DNA from: a virus
Lineage: Duplodnaviria; Heunggongvirae; Uroviricota; Caudoviricetes
Virus record (IMG/VR): IMGVR_UViG_2541047945_000001
DNA: 21,088 nt
Reading direction: 5' to 3' (one strand)
The notes under the pieces were generated by a model. That model was not told the DNA's origin, made no database searches, and saw only the letters and a program-made list of their open reading frames with translations. Shown here piece after piece: positions 1-7,837 of this stretch; the first letter of the stretch is position 1, and every line of letters starts with the position of its first letter. The position numbers and the translations under genes are program-made.

Positions 1-215
1 AGGTAATACACCGTAAGAGCTGGAAAAACCGTGCAGAAGTGGAACTGGCCACACTCACGTGGGTGGACTGGTATAACAATCGACGATTGCTGGAAAGGCT
101 GGGCCATACTCCTCCGGCAGAAGCAGAAAAAGCTTATTATGCTTCCATCGGAAACGATGATCTGGCAGCCTGAGTTCACAGATAAAATACTCTCCAGGAA
201 ACCCGGGGCGGTTCA
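1..215 (+). mobile_element. 3' end of an IS3-family insertion sequence (IS629/IS1203-like), truncated by the window edge; terminal inverted repeat ends ...CCCGGGGCGGTTCA at 215
   Basis: Frame-3 translation of 3..170 gives a transposase C-terminus (…ELATLTWVDWYNNRRLLERLGHTPPAEAEKAYYASIGNDDLAA, stop 171-173). Reverse complement of 171-215 reads TGAACCGCCCCGGGTTTCCTGGAGAG…, which matches my memory of the IS629 terminal repeat. Lambda O sequence resumes at 216. Confidence 0.75.
3..173 (+). CDS. IS3-family transposase (orfB-type), C-terminal fragment, 5' partial
   Basis: Open frame from the window edge to TGA at 171-173; WVDWYNNRRL motif typical of the IS3-family integrase-core C-terminus. Confidence 0.7.
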   Translation, partial: VIHRKSWKNRAEVELATLTWVDWYNNRRLLERLGHTPPAEAEKAYYASIGNDDLAA

Positions 216-509
216 GAGCGTAATGTGGCAGATCTCGATGATGGTTACGCCAGACTATCAAATATGCTGCTTGAGGCTTATTCAGGCGCAGATCTGACCA
301 AGCGACAGTTTAAAGTGCTGCTTGCCATTCTGCGTAAAACCTATGGGTGGAATAAACCAATGGACAGAATCACCGATTCTCAACTTAGCGAGATTACAAA
401 GTTACCCGTCAAACGGTGCAATGAAGCCAAGTTAGAACTCGTCAGAATGAATATTATCAAGCAGCAAGGCGGCATGTTTGGACCAAACAAAAACATCTCA
501 GAATGGTGC

Positions 510-597
510 ATCCCTCAAAACGAGGGAAAATCCCCTAAAACGAGGGATAAAACATCCCTCAAATTGGGGGATTGCTATCCCTCAAAACAGGGGGACA
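510..597 (+). repeat. ori-lambda iterons: four direct ~18-20 bp repeats (O-binding sites) inside the O coding sequence
   Basis: ATCCCTCAAAACGAGGGA / AATCCCCTAAAACGAGGGA / CATCCCTCAAATTGGGGGA / TATCCCTCAAAACAGGGGGA read directly at ~510-597. Confidence 0.9.
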
Positions 598-650
598 CAA
601 AAGACACTATTACAAAAGAAAAAAGAAAAGATTATTCGTCAGAGAATTCT
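598..650 (+). promoter_or_regulatory. AT-rich DNA-unwinding region of ori-lambda next to the iterons
   Basis: ACAAAAGACACTATTACAAAAGAAAAAAGAAAAGATTATTCG immediately 3' of iteron 4, as in lambda ori. Confidence 0.8.
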
Positions 651-1057
651 GGCGAATCCTCTGACCAGCCAGAAAACGACCTTTCTGTGGTGAAACCGGA
701 TGCTGCAATTCAGAGCGGCAGCAAGTGGGGGACAGCAGAAGACCTGACCGCCGCAGAGTGGATGTTTGACATGGTGAAGACCATCGCGCCATCAGCCAGA
801 AAACCGAATTTTGCAGGGTGGGCTAACGATATCCGCCTGATGCGTGAACGTGACGGACGTAACCACCGCGACATGTGCGTGCTGTTCCGCTGGGCATGCC
901 AGGACAACTTCTGGTCCGGTAACGTGCTTAGCCCGGCCAAACTCCGCGACAAGTGGACCCAGCTCGAAATCAACCGTAACAAGCAACAGGCAGTCGTGAC
1001 AGCCAGCAAACCAAAACTCGACCTGACAAACACAGACTGGATTTACGGGGTGGATCT

Positions 1058-1759
1058 ATGAAAAACATCGCCGCACAGATGGTTAACTTTGACCGTGAGC
1101 AGATGCGTAGGATCGCCAACAACATGCCGGAACAGTACGACGAAAAGCCGCAGGTACAGCAGGTAGCGCAGATCATCAACGGTGTGTTCAGCCAGTTACT
1201 GGCAACTTTCCCGGCGAGTCTGGCTAACCGTGACCAGAACGAACTGAACGAAATCCGCCGCCAGTGGGTTCTGGCTTTCCGGGAAAACGGGATCACCACA
1301 ATGGAACAGGTTAACGCAGGAATGCGCGTAGCCCGTCGGCAGAATCGACCATTTCTGCCATCACCCGGGCAGTTTGTTGCATGGTGCCGGGAAGAAGCAT
1401 CCGTTATCGCCGGACTGCCAAACGTCAGCGAGCTGGTTGATATGGTTTACGAGTATTGCCGGAAGCGAGGCCTGTATCCGGATGCGGAGTCTTATCCGTG
1501 GAAATCAAACGCGCACTACTGGCTGGTTACCAACCTGTATCAGAACATGCGGGCCAATGCGCTTACTGATGCGGAATTACGCCGTAAGGCCGCAGATGAG
1601 CTTGTCCATATGACTGCGAGAATTAACCGTGGTGAGGCGATCCCTGAACCAGTAAAACAACTTCCTGTCATGGGCGGTAGACCTCTAAATCGTGCACAGG
1701 CTCTGGCGAAGATCGCAGAACTCAAAGCTAAGTTCGGACTGAAAGGAGCAAGTGTATGA
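1058..1759 (+). CDS. P: Replication protein P (DnaB helicase loader)
   Basis: 233-aa ORF (MKNIAAQMVNFDREQMRRIANNMPEQYDEKPQVQQVAQIING…) collinear with lambda P; ATGA overlaps with O and ren. Confidence 0.95.
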   Translation: MKNIAAQMVNFDREQMRRIANNMPEQYDEKPQVQQVAQIINGVFSQLLATFPASLANRDQNELNEIRRQWVLAFRENGITTMEQVNAGMRVARRQNRPFLPSPGQFVAWCREEASVIAGLPNVSELVDMVYEYCRKRGLYPDAESYPWKSNAHYWLVTNLYQNMRANALTDAELRRKAADELVHMTARINRGEAIPEPVKQLPVMGGRPLNRAQALAKIAELKAKFGLKGASV

Positions 1760-2046
1760 CGGGCAAAGAGGCAATTATTCATTACCTGGGGACGCATAAT
1801 AGCTTCTGTGCGCCGGACGTTGCCGCGCTAACAGGCGCAACAGTAACCAGCATAAATCAGGCCGCGGCTAAAATGGCACGGGCAGGTCTTCTGGTTATCG
1901 AAGGTAAGGTCTGGCGAACGGTGTATTACCGGTTTGCTACCAGGGAAGAACGGGAAGGAAAGATGAGCACGAACCTAATTTTTAAGGAGTGTCGCCAGAG
2001 TGCCGCGATGAAACGGGTATTGGCGGTATATGGAGTTAAAAGATGA
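1756..2046 (+). CDS. ren: Ren protein (confers resistance to Rex exclusion)
   Basis: 96-aa ORF MTGKEAIIHYLGTHNSFCAPDVAALTGATVTSINQAAAKMARAGLLVIEGK… matches lambda Ren in length and sequence. Confidence 0.9.
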   Translation: MTGKEAIIHYLGTHNSFCAPDVAALTGATVTSINQAAAKMARAGLLVIEGKVWRTVYYRFATREEREGKMSTNLIFKECRQSAAMKRVLAVYGVKR

Positions 2047-2070
2047 CCATCTACATCACTGAGCTAATAA

Positions 2071-2103
2071 CAGGCCTGCTGGTAATTGCAGGCCTTTTTA
2101 TTT
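2071..2103 (+). terminator. Rho-independent terminator (tR2-like) between ren and ninB
   Basis: CAGGCCTGC-tggtaatt-GCAGGCCT stem-loop followed by TTTTTATTT. Confidence 0.75.
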
Positions 2104-2119
2104 GGGGGAGAGGGAAGTC

Positions 2120-2560
2120 ATGAAAAAACTAACCTTTGAAATTCGATCTCCAGCACATCAGCAAAACGCTATTCACGCGGTACAGCAAATTCTTCCAGAC
2201 CCAACCAAACCAATCGTAGTAACCATTCAGGAACGCAACCGCAGCTTAGACCAGAATCGAAAGCTTTGGGCTTGCCTTGGTGACGTCTCTCGTCAGGTTG
2301 AATGGCATGGTCGCTGGCTGGATGCAGAAAGCTGGAAGTGTGTGTTTACCGCAGCATTAAAGCAGCAGGATGTTGTTCCTAACCTTGCCGGGAATGGCTT
2401 TGTGGTAATAGGCCAGTCAACCAGCAGGATGCGTGTAAGCGAATTTGCGGAGCTATTAGAGCTTATACAGGCATTCGGTACAGAGCGTGGCGTTAAGTGG
2501 TCAGACGAAGCGCGACTGGCTCTCGAATGGAAAGCGCGATGGGGAGATCGGGCTGCATGA
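2120..2560 (+). CDS. ninB: NinB (Orf family recombination mediator)
   Basis: MKKLTFEIRSPAHQQNAIHAVQQILPDPTKPIVVTIQERNRSLDQNRKLWACLGD… (146 aa) matches lambda NinB. ATG at 2120 chosen over the upstream extension of ORF 2102. Confidence 0.92.
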   Translation: MKKLTFEIRSPAHQQNAIHAVQQILPDPTKPIVVTIQERNRSLDQNRKLWACLGDVSRQVEWHGRWLDAESWKCVFTAALKQQDVVPNLAGNGFVVIGQSTSRMRVSEFAELLELIQAFGTERGVKWSDEARLALEWKARWGDRAA

Positions 2561-3084
2561 CTATCAAATCAAATACGCCAGCACACGACAAGGACTGCTG
2601 GCAAACGCCGCTTTGGCTTTTTGATGCACTGGATATTGAGTTTGGATTCTGGCTGGATTCGGCAGCGAGCGACAAAAATGCTCTGTGCGCTCACTGGCTA
2701 ACTGAGGACGACGACGCGCTCAATTCTGAGTGGGTAAGCCACGGTGCAATCTGGAATAACCCACCGTACAGCAATATCAGGCCGTGGGTGGAAAAAGCCG
2801 CTGAGCAGTGTATACAACAGCGACAGACGGTAGTGATGCTTGTGCCAGAGGATATGTCTGTCGGATGGTTCAGCAAGGCTCTGGAGAGTGTTGACGAAGT
2901 TCGTATTATCACTGATGGACGGATTAATTTTATCGAACCATCGACAGGGCTGGAGAAGAATGGAAACAGCAAAGGCTCCATGCTGCTGATTTGGCGACCG
3001 TTCATCAGTCCTCGACGGATGTTTACTACCGTATCCAAAGCGGCATTGATGGCGATCGGGCAGGGCGTCAGGAGGGCTGCATGA
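2557..3084 (+). CDS. Phage DNA N6-adenine methyltransferase (Dam-like)
   Basis: [25 protein letters not shown]… with the NPPY catalytic motif (IWNNPPYSN); start overlaps the ninB stop (ATGA), stop overlaps the ninE start. Confidence 0.85.
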   Translation: MTIKSNTPAHDKDCWQTPLWLFDALDIEFGFWLDSAASDKNALCAHWLTEDDDALNSEWVSHGAIWNNPPYSNIRPWVEKAAEQCIQQRQTVVMLVPEDMSVGWFSKALESVDEVRIITDGRINFIEPSTGLEKNGNSKGSMLLIWRPFISPRRMFTTVSKAALMAIGQGVRRAA

Positions 3085-3257
3085 GACGACAGCGACGAAG
3101 CATCACCGACATAATCTGCGAAAACTGCAAATACCTTCCAACGAAATGCTCCAGAAATAAACGCAAGCTAATCCCAAAAGAATCTGACGTAAAAACCTTC
3201 AATTACACAGCCCACCTGTGGGATATCCGGTGGCTAAGATATCGTGCGAGGAAATGA
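3081..3257 (+). CDS. ninE: NinE
   Basis: [22 protein letters not shown]…[26 protein letters not shown] (58 aa) matches lambda NinE; ORF track 2991 is an upstream extension. Confidence 0.85.
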   Translation: MRRQRRSITDIICENCKYLPTKCSRNKRKLIPKESDVKTFNYTAHLWDIRWLRYRARK

Positions 3258-3259
3258 CA

Positions 3260-3601
3260 ATGGATTATTCACAGTTAAGTGATTTTGAAATTAACAGAAT
3301 GGTAGGAGACATAATTTTTAAAGGCCTTTGGGCAAGTAAACCGGAAACATCAGGGAATAACACCAACAAATGGTATTACGGAAATGCTGATACAACTTTT
3401 GAGCCATTAAATCATTTGCCTGACTACTGCAATGATCCGAGCGCTTCATGGCCGATTATTGAGAAATACAGGATTTCTATCTTAGACCAGTTAACTGAAT
3501 GGTGTGTGGATGCAAAAGGCGTAAGCCCAATATTTGATACCAGACCTCTCCGCGCCGCCATGATTGTCTTTCTCCTGATGCAGGAGGCCAATAATGCTTA
3601 G
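3260..3601 (+). CDS. NinX-like conserved hypothetical protein (function unknown), hydrophobic C-terminus
   Basis: [37 protein letters not shown]…[17 protein letters not shown] between ninE and ninF, the position of ninX in P22-type nin regions; AGGA RBS before ATG 3260 (alternative ATG at 3254). Confidence 0.6.
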   Translation: MDYSQLSDFEINRMVGDIIFKGLWASKPETSGNNTNKWYYGNADTTFEPLNHLPDYCNDPSASWPIIEKYRISILDQLTEWCVDAKGVSPIFDTRPLRAAMIVFLLMQEANNA

Positions 3602-3788
3602 CCCATCTCAATCCCTTCAATACCTGAAAGAAAGCATAGAGCGGGCTTCAATGTGCACAGAGTGGATTCTATCTAGGTTTAGCGCATACAGAAGATTGCC
3701 GGTAAAGGGCATGCCAAGCAAGTCGATGCTGCATATGCAAAAGAATGCGCGCTGGAAGGTATGGCGAGAACACAGGTTATGTGGCTAA
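3594..3788 (+). pseudogene. Chimeric ORF: ninF 5' end (first ~20 codons) running into unrelated sequence; probably a recombination scar, not a functional gene
   Basis: [18 protein letters not shown]… matches the lambda NinF N-terminus, then loses all resemblance (no Cys-rich NinF core). Confidence 0.5.
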
Positions 3789-3811
3789 AAGAGGGGGTTA
3801 TTAAGGCGTGA
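3677..3811 (+). pseudogene. 3' remnant of a DLP12 ybcO-like gene (frame 2), ending in an overlap with the rusA start
   Basis: Frame-2 translation …[29 protein letters not shown] resembles the YbcO C-terminus as I recall it; in-frame TAG at 3674-3676 closes it upstream; stop 3809-3811. Confidence 0.45.
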
Positions 3812-4170
3812 ATACCTACAGCATCACATTACCCTGGCCTCCGAGCAATAATCGCTATTACCGCCATAATCGCGGGCGCACGCACGTCAGCGCAGAGGGG
3901 CAGGCATACCGCGATAACGTCGCCCGAATCATTAAAAACGCAATGCTGGATATCGGCCTGGCTATGCCTGTGAAAATCCGCATTGAGTGCCACATGCCGG
4001 ATCGCCGTCGCCGTGACCTGGATAATCTGCAAAAAGCCGCTTTTGACGCACTCACTAAAGCAGGTTTCTGGCTGGATGATGCTCAGGTCGTTGATTACCG
4101 CGTTGTGAAGATGCCTGTTACCAAAGGTGGGAGGCTGGAACTGACCATCACCGAAATGGGGAATGAATGA
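3808..4170 (+). CDS. rusA: RusA Holliday-junction resolvase
   Basis: 120-aa [49 protein letters not shown]… essentially identical to E. coli DLP12 RusA; GTG start. Confidence 0.95.
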   Translation: MNTYSITLPWPPSNNRYYRHNRGRTHVSAEGQAYRDNVARIIKNAMLDIGLAMPVKIRIECHMPDRRRRDLDNLQKAAFDALTKAGFWLDDAQVVDYRVVKMPVTKGGRLELTITEMGNE

Positions 4171-4307
4171 TGTTTGAGTTTAATATGGCAGAACTTCTTC
4201 GCCACCGCTGGGGGCGTCTGCGCTTATATCGTTTCCCCGGTTCTGTTTTGACCGATTACCGAATACTGAAGAATTACGCCAAAACCCTGACAGGAACAGG
4301 AGTATGA
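4167..4307 (+). CDS. ylcG: YlcG-like small protein (46 aa, function unknown)
   Basis: [46 protein letters not shown], overlapping the rusA stop; same position as ylcG in DLP12. Below the ORF-track length cutoff. Confidence 0.7.
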   Translation: MMFEFNMAELLRHRWGRLRLYRFPGSVLTDYRILKNYAKTLTGTGV

Positions 4308-4392
4308 AGTCAGAGATAACAATCAACTAATACTGTTTTGTTGATTTTTGCTTGTAATTGGCGTTCTGGTCTGATTTTTGTGGAGTAAGTTG

Positions 4393-4776
4393 ATGCGTGA
4401 TATTCAGATGGTTCTTGAGCGTTGGGGTGCGTGGGCGGCTAATAATCATGAAGATGTGACCTGGTCGTCCATTGCCGCCGGTTTTAAGGGATTAATTCCT
4501 TCAAAAGTAAAATCTCGCCCGCAATGTTGTGACGATGACGCGATGATCATTTGCGGGTGCATGGCCCGTCTGAAAAAGAACAACAGCGATTTACACGATT
4601 TATTAGTAGATTATTATGTATGTGGTATGACATTCATGTCACTGGCAAGTAAGCATTGCTGCTCGGATGGTTATATCGGGAAAAGGTTACAGAAGGCTGA
4701 GGGCATAATTGAAGGGATGTTAATGGCATTAGATATCCGGTTAGATATGGATATCGTTGCTAATAATTCTAATTGA
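4393..4776 (+). CDS. quuD: Late-gene antiterminator Q (DLP12 QuuD / phage-21-82 class, not lambda Q)
   Basis: [62 protein letters not shown]… matches DLP12 QuuD; GGAG RBS 7 nt before ATG 4393. Confidence 0.9.
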   Translation: MRDIQMVLERWGAWAANNHEDVTWSSIAAGFKGLIPSKVKSRPQCCDDDAMIICGCMARLKKNNSDLHDLLVDYYVCGMTFMSLASKHCCSDGYIGKRLQKAEGIIEGMLMALDIRLDMDIVANNSN

Positions 4777-4830
4777 TATGCAATTGTTTACTAAAAGTTA
4801 TTAAAAATGGGGCGTGGAAACGCCCCCAAA
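4777..4830 (+). promoter_or_regulatory. Candidate late promoter (pR'-equivalent) and qut region just downstream of Q, with GC hairpin GGGGCG-tggaaa-CGCCCC (4809-4826)
   Basis: Position by analogy with lambda pR'/qut; TTGATA…TTTACT…TATTAAAAAT motifs and a hairpin are visible, but the exact -35/-10 assignment is uncertain. Confidence 0.3.
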
Positions 4831-4912
4831 ATAAAGGGTAATATATAACAGAAGGTTTATATAGTAAGAAGCAAGGTAGTGCTTCTAAAGGAAGTGGCTT
4901 GAGGGCTCCACT

Positions 4913-4953
4913 TATATGTTGCGGAGGCAAAGCCTCCCGCAACATATCTTTTT
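4913..4953 (+). terminator. Rho-independent terminator, + strand (candidate tR' equivalent), in the Q-nmpC intergenic region
   Basis: TATATGTTGCGGAGGC-AAA-GCCTCCCGCAACATAT stem-loop followed by CTTTTT. Confidence 0.6.
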
Positions 4954-4964
4954 CGTAAGTCAGA

Positions 4965-6047
4965 TTAGAACTGATAAACCAGACCTACAGCGACGATGTC
5001 GTCGGTATCAATACCAGCTGTTTTGGTAAACTTACTATCGTCAATTAAGTTGATTTTGTAATCAACAAAAGTAGACATGTTTTTATTAAAGTAGTAAGTA
5101 GCACCGACATCGACATACTTGACTAAGTCTCGGTCACCATGAACACCAAGGTCTTTACCTTTTGACTGAAGGTAAGCAACAGATGGGCGCAGACCGAAGT
5201 CAAACTGATATTGTGCTACTGCTTCAAAGTTTTGTGCTTTGTTTGCAATATGGTTATTACCAAAAACGGTCATATTCTGAGTTTCAGAATATGTGGTAGC
5301 CAGATAGATATTGTTCGCATCATATTTCAGGCCTGCAGCCCATACTTCCGCATTTTTGCCGGAGGCATTGAATTTGCTCTTACCATAGGCGACCTGACCG
5401 TCAGTGCGATCTGATTTAGCATAGGTTGCACCCACGCCGAATCCTTCATACTCATAAGTAGTGGAGAAACCGAAACCATCACCATTGGCTTCAGTTACGT
5501 CAGTGCGGTCATTTTTACCCTGATACTGAGCAGCAAAGTTCAGGCCATCGACCAGACCAAAGAAGTCGTTGTTACGATAAGTTGCAACACCAGTAGTGCG
5601 ACCAGTCATGAACACATCTGTTTGGGTCCAGGTATCACCACCGAATTCTGGCAGAACGTCAGTCCACGCACCGATGTCGTATGCTACACCGTAGTTACGG
5701 CCGTAATCGATGGAGCCGTAATCACCAAATTTCAGGCCTGCAAATGCAAGACGGGTTTTGTCTTTGGAAGAACCTTGAGATTCAGCACGGTTGCCTTTGA
5801 ATTCATATTCCCACTGACCGAAACCAGTCAGTTGATCGTTGATTTGGGTTTCACCTTTGAAGCCAAGACGGGCATAAGTAGTATCACCATCATCTGCATC
5901 ATTAGAGGAGAAGTAGTGCTTGGCATTAACTTTCCCGTATAGATCCAGCTTGTTACTGTCTTTATTATAAATTTCAGCTGCCTGAGCAGACATCGCCATC
6001 AGTACTGATGCAGCTACAGCAGAAATTGCCACTGTTAATTTTTTCAT
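4965..6047 (-). CDS. nmpC: Outer-membrane general porin, NmpC/Lc (OmpC/OmpF family), intact with signal peptide
   Basis: Minus-strand ORF; [23 protein letters not shown] signal peptide then [16 protein letters not shown]… and C-terminal …VAVGLVYQF with terminal Phe. Start set at the MKK ATG, not the 20-codon upstream extension of the ORF track. Confidence 0.92.
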   Translation of the reverse strand: MKKLTVAISAVAASVLMAMSAQAAEIYNKDSNKLDLYGKVNAKHYFSSNDADDGDTTYARLGFKGETQINDQLTGFGQWEYEFKGNRAESQGSSKDKTRLAFAGLKFGDYGSIDYGRNYGVAYDIGAWTDVLPEFGGDTWTQTDVFMTGRTTGVATYRNNDFFGLVDGLNFAAQYQGKNDRTDVTEANGDGFGFSTTYEYEGFGVGATYAKSDRTDGQVAYGKSKFNASGKNAEVWAAGLKYDANNIYLATTYSETQNMTVFGNNHIANKAQNFEAVAQYQFDFGLRPSVAYLQSKGKDLGVHGDRDLVKYVDVGATYYFNKNMSTFVDYKINLIDDSKFTKTAGIDTDDIVAVGLVYQF

Positions 6048-6473
6048 TGTACGCCCTTTTTTTGAACTATTATTAAAAAATGATGTCACTGCGCGATAAA
6101 TATTCATCTAATCAATGTGATTATTTCAAGATGTAAGTTTTAGTTTCTCATTTAATTTGTGAAGTAGATCTCTATTTTTATCTGAACCTTTTCTATCTAA
6201 TCCTATTCATGGCTCTTGTCTGAACAAAAATAAATCTATTAGCTAATTTATATTAATGGCACTTATTTATAAGTGCTCTATAATTCTTTAGCTTAATTTA
6301 AACAAACTAAAAATAACATCGGAAATTATTAACTGATTATTTGTTGAAGTTTTCTTATGTATTTGTGGTGGTGTTTTGAACACTCGGTGGCATTCTCACA
6401 AATATCATTTAGTAGTTTACGTACGTAAAAAATTGGTTATGCTGTTAAGAGTGGTTACTTCGTCACACAGCTT

Positions 6474-6506
6474 AAACCCGCCGTCGAGCGGGTTTTTCCA
6501 TTTTTT
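6474..6506 (+). terminator. Rho-independent terminator-like hairpin, + strand, ~130 bp upstream of the holin gene
   Basis: AAACCCGC-cgtcga-GCGGGTTT stem followed by TTCCATTTTTT. Confidence 0.55.
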
Positions 6507-6635
6507 GAGTCTCGATATTAGCTGATAACCCAATACCTGAGTTATTCACTGACTCCGAATCTGTTACGTTTCTGCCTTTATTGCGATACGTAATATCCCC
6601 TTAATTTACACCCGCTTTGTCTGCGAGGTGGGGTT

Positions 6636-6851
6636 ATGAAATCCATGGATAAGTTAACAACGGGTGTCGCCTATGGCACCTCAGCAGGTAGTGCCGGTTA
6701 CTGGTTTTTACAGCTGCTCGATAAAGTCACGCCCTCACAGTGGGCAGCAATAGGTGTGCTGGGTAGCCTGGTATTTGGCCTGCTGACGTACCTGACAAAC
6801 CTTTATTTCAAGATTAAAGAAGATAAGCGCAAGGCTGCGAGAGGTGAATAA
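6636..6851 (+). CDS. essD: Holin, phage-21 S21 pinholin class
   Basis: 71-aa [74 protein letters not shown], close to S21 / DLP12 EssD. Confidence 0.92.
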
Positions 6852-7348
6852 TGCCTCCATCATTACGAAAAGCCGTTGCTGCTGCTATTGGTGGCGGAGC
6901 AATTGCTATAGCATCAGTGTTAATCACTGGCCCAAGTGGTAACGATGGTCTGGAAGGTGTCAGCTACATACCATACAAAGATATTGTTGGTGTATGGACT
7001 GTATGTCACGGGCATACAGGAAAAGACATCATGCTCGGTAAAACGTATACCAAAGCAGAATGCAAAGCCCTCCTGAATAAAGACCTTGCCACGGTCGCCA
7101 GACAAATTAACCCGTACATCAAAGTCGATATACCGGAAACAATGCGCGGCGCTCTTTACTCATTCGTTTACAACGTGGGTGCTGGCAATTTCAGAACATC
7201 GACGCTTCTTCGCAAAATAAACCAGGGCGATATCAAAGGCGCATGTGATCAGCTACGTCGCTGGACATATGCTGGCGGTAAGCAATGGAAAGGTCTCATG
7301 ACTCGTCGTGAGATTGAGCGTGAAATCTGTTTGTGGGGTCAGCAATGA
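6851..7348 (+). CDS. rrrD: SAR (signal-anchor-release) endolysin, lysozyme family, R21-like
   Basis: 165-aa ORF with Gly/Ala-rich N-terminal SAR domain ([20 protein letters not shown]) then a lysozyme domain; start overlaps the holin stop. Confidence 0.9.
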   Translation: MPPSLRKAVAAAIGGGAIAIASVLITGPSGNDGLEGVSYIPYKDIVGVWTVCHGHTGKDIMLGKTYTKAECKALLNKDLATVARQINPYIKVDIPETMRGALYSFVYNVGAGNFRTSTLLRKINQGDIKGACDQLRRWTYAGGKQWKGLMTRREIEREICLWGQQ

Positions 7349-7806
7349 ACAGAGTAACCGCGATTATCTCCGCTCTGGTTATCTGCATCATCGTCTGCCT
7401 GTCATGGGCTGTTAATCATTACCGTGATAACGCCATTACCTACAAAGCCCAGCGCGACAAAAATGCCAGAGAACTGAAGCTGGCGAACGCGGCAATTACT
7501 GACATGCAGATGCGTCAGCGTGATGTTGCTGCGCTCGATGCAAAATACACGAAGGAGTTAGCTGATGCGAAAGCTGAAAATGATGCTCTGCGTGATGATG
7601 TTGCCGCTGGTCGTCGTCGGTTGCACATCAAAGCAGTCTGTCAGTCAGTGCGTGAAGCCACCACCGCCTCCGGCGTGGATAATGCAGCCTCCCCCCGACT
7701 GGCAGACACCGCTGAACGGGATTATTTCACCCTCAGAGAGAGGCTGATCACTATGCAAAAACAACTGGAAGGAACCCAGAAGTATATTAATGAGCAGTGC
7801 AGATAG
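7345..7806 (+). CDS. rzpD: Rz i-spanin (inner-membrane spanin)
   Basis: [26 protein letters not shown]… with N-terminal TM helix and coiled-coil-like remainder; overlaps the endolysin end. Confidence 0.9.
   Translation: MNRVTAIISALVICIIVCLSWAVNHYRDNAITYKAQRDKNARELKLANAAITDMQMRQRDVAALDAKYTKELADAKAENDALRDDVAAGRRRLHIKAVCQSVREATTASGVDNAASPRLADTAERDYFTLRERLITMQKQLEGTQKYINEQCR
7565..7747 (+). CDS. rzoD: Rz1 o-spanin lipoprotein, nested in the +1 frame of Rz
   Basis: [52 protein letters not shown]…: lipobox LVVVGC and proline-rich body, wholly inside Rz. Confidence 0.85.
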   Translation: MRKLKMMLCVMMLPLVVVGCTSKQSVSQCVKPPPPPAWIMQPPPDWQTPLNGIISPSERG

Positions 7807-7837
7807 AGCTGCCCATATCGATGGGCAACTCATGCAA

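Larger units (their letters stand above)
216..1061 (+). pseudogene. O: Replication initiator protein O, 5'-truncated by the IS insertion (first ~17 codons displaced upstream)
   Basis: Translation from 216 (ERNVADLDDGYARLSNMLLEAYSGADLTKRQFKVLLAILRKTYGWNKPMDRITD…) matches lambda O from about residue 18 to its C-terminus (…TDWIYGVDL). Stop overlaps the P start. ORF track 225..1061. Confidence 0.9.

Noticed and set aside
31-297. 88-aa + strand ORF spanning the IS end and the start of the O remnant
   Set aside because: It crosses the IS/O junction in a frame matching neither the transposase nor O, so it is an artefact of the junction.
478-693. 71-aa + strand ORF and the overlapping minus-strand ORFs 610..792, 710..1033, 792..986 and 970..1299
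   Set aside because: They lie inside the well-supported O reading frame and over the ori iterons in alternative frames; no independent support.
2991-3257. Upstream-extended ninE ORF (88 aa) and the upstream extensions of ORFs 2102, 2497, 13169, 16048, 17810 and 6107
   Set aside because: The extensions overlap the preceding genes; the true starts are the internal ATG/GTG codons that reproduce the known protein N-termini and show translational-coupling overlaps.
5211-5942. + strand ORFs 5211..5414 and 5622..5942 opposite the porin gene
   Set aside because: Antisense to a complete, signal-peptide-bearing porin ORF with a conserved C-terminal Phe; no independent evidence.
7810-7827. Short hairpin GCCCAT-ATCG-ATGGGC between the convergent Rz and bor genes, as a possible bidirectional terminator
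   Set aside because: Only a 6-bp stem and no U-tract on either strand; too weak to call.
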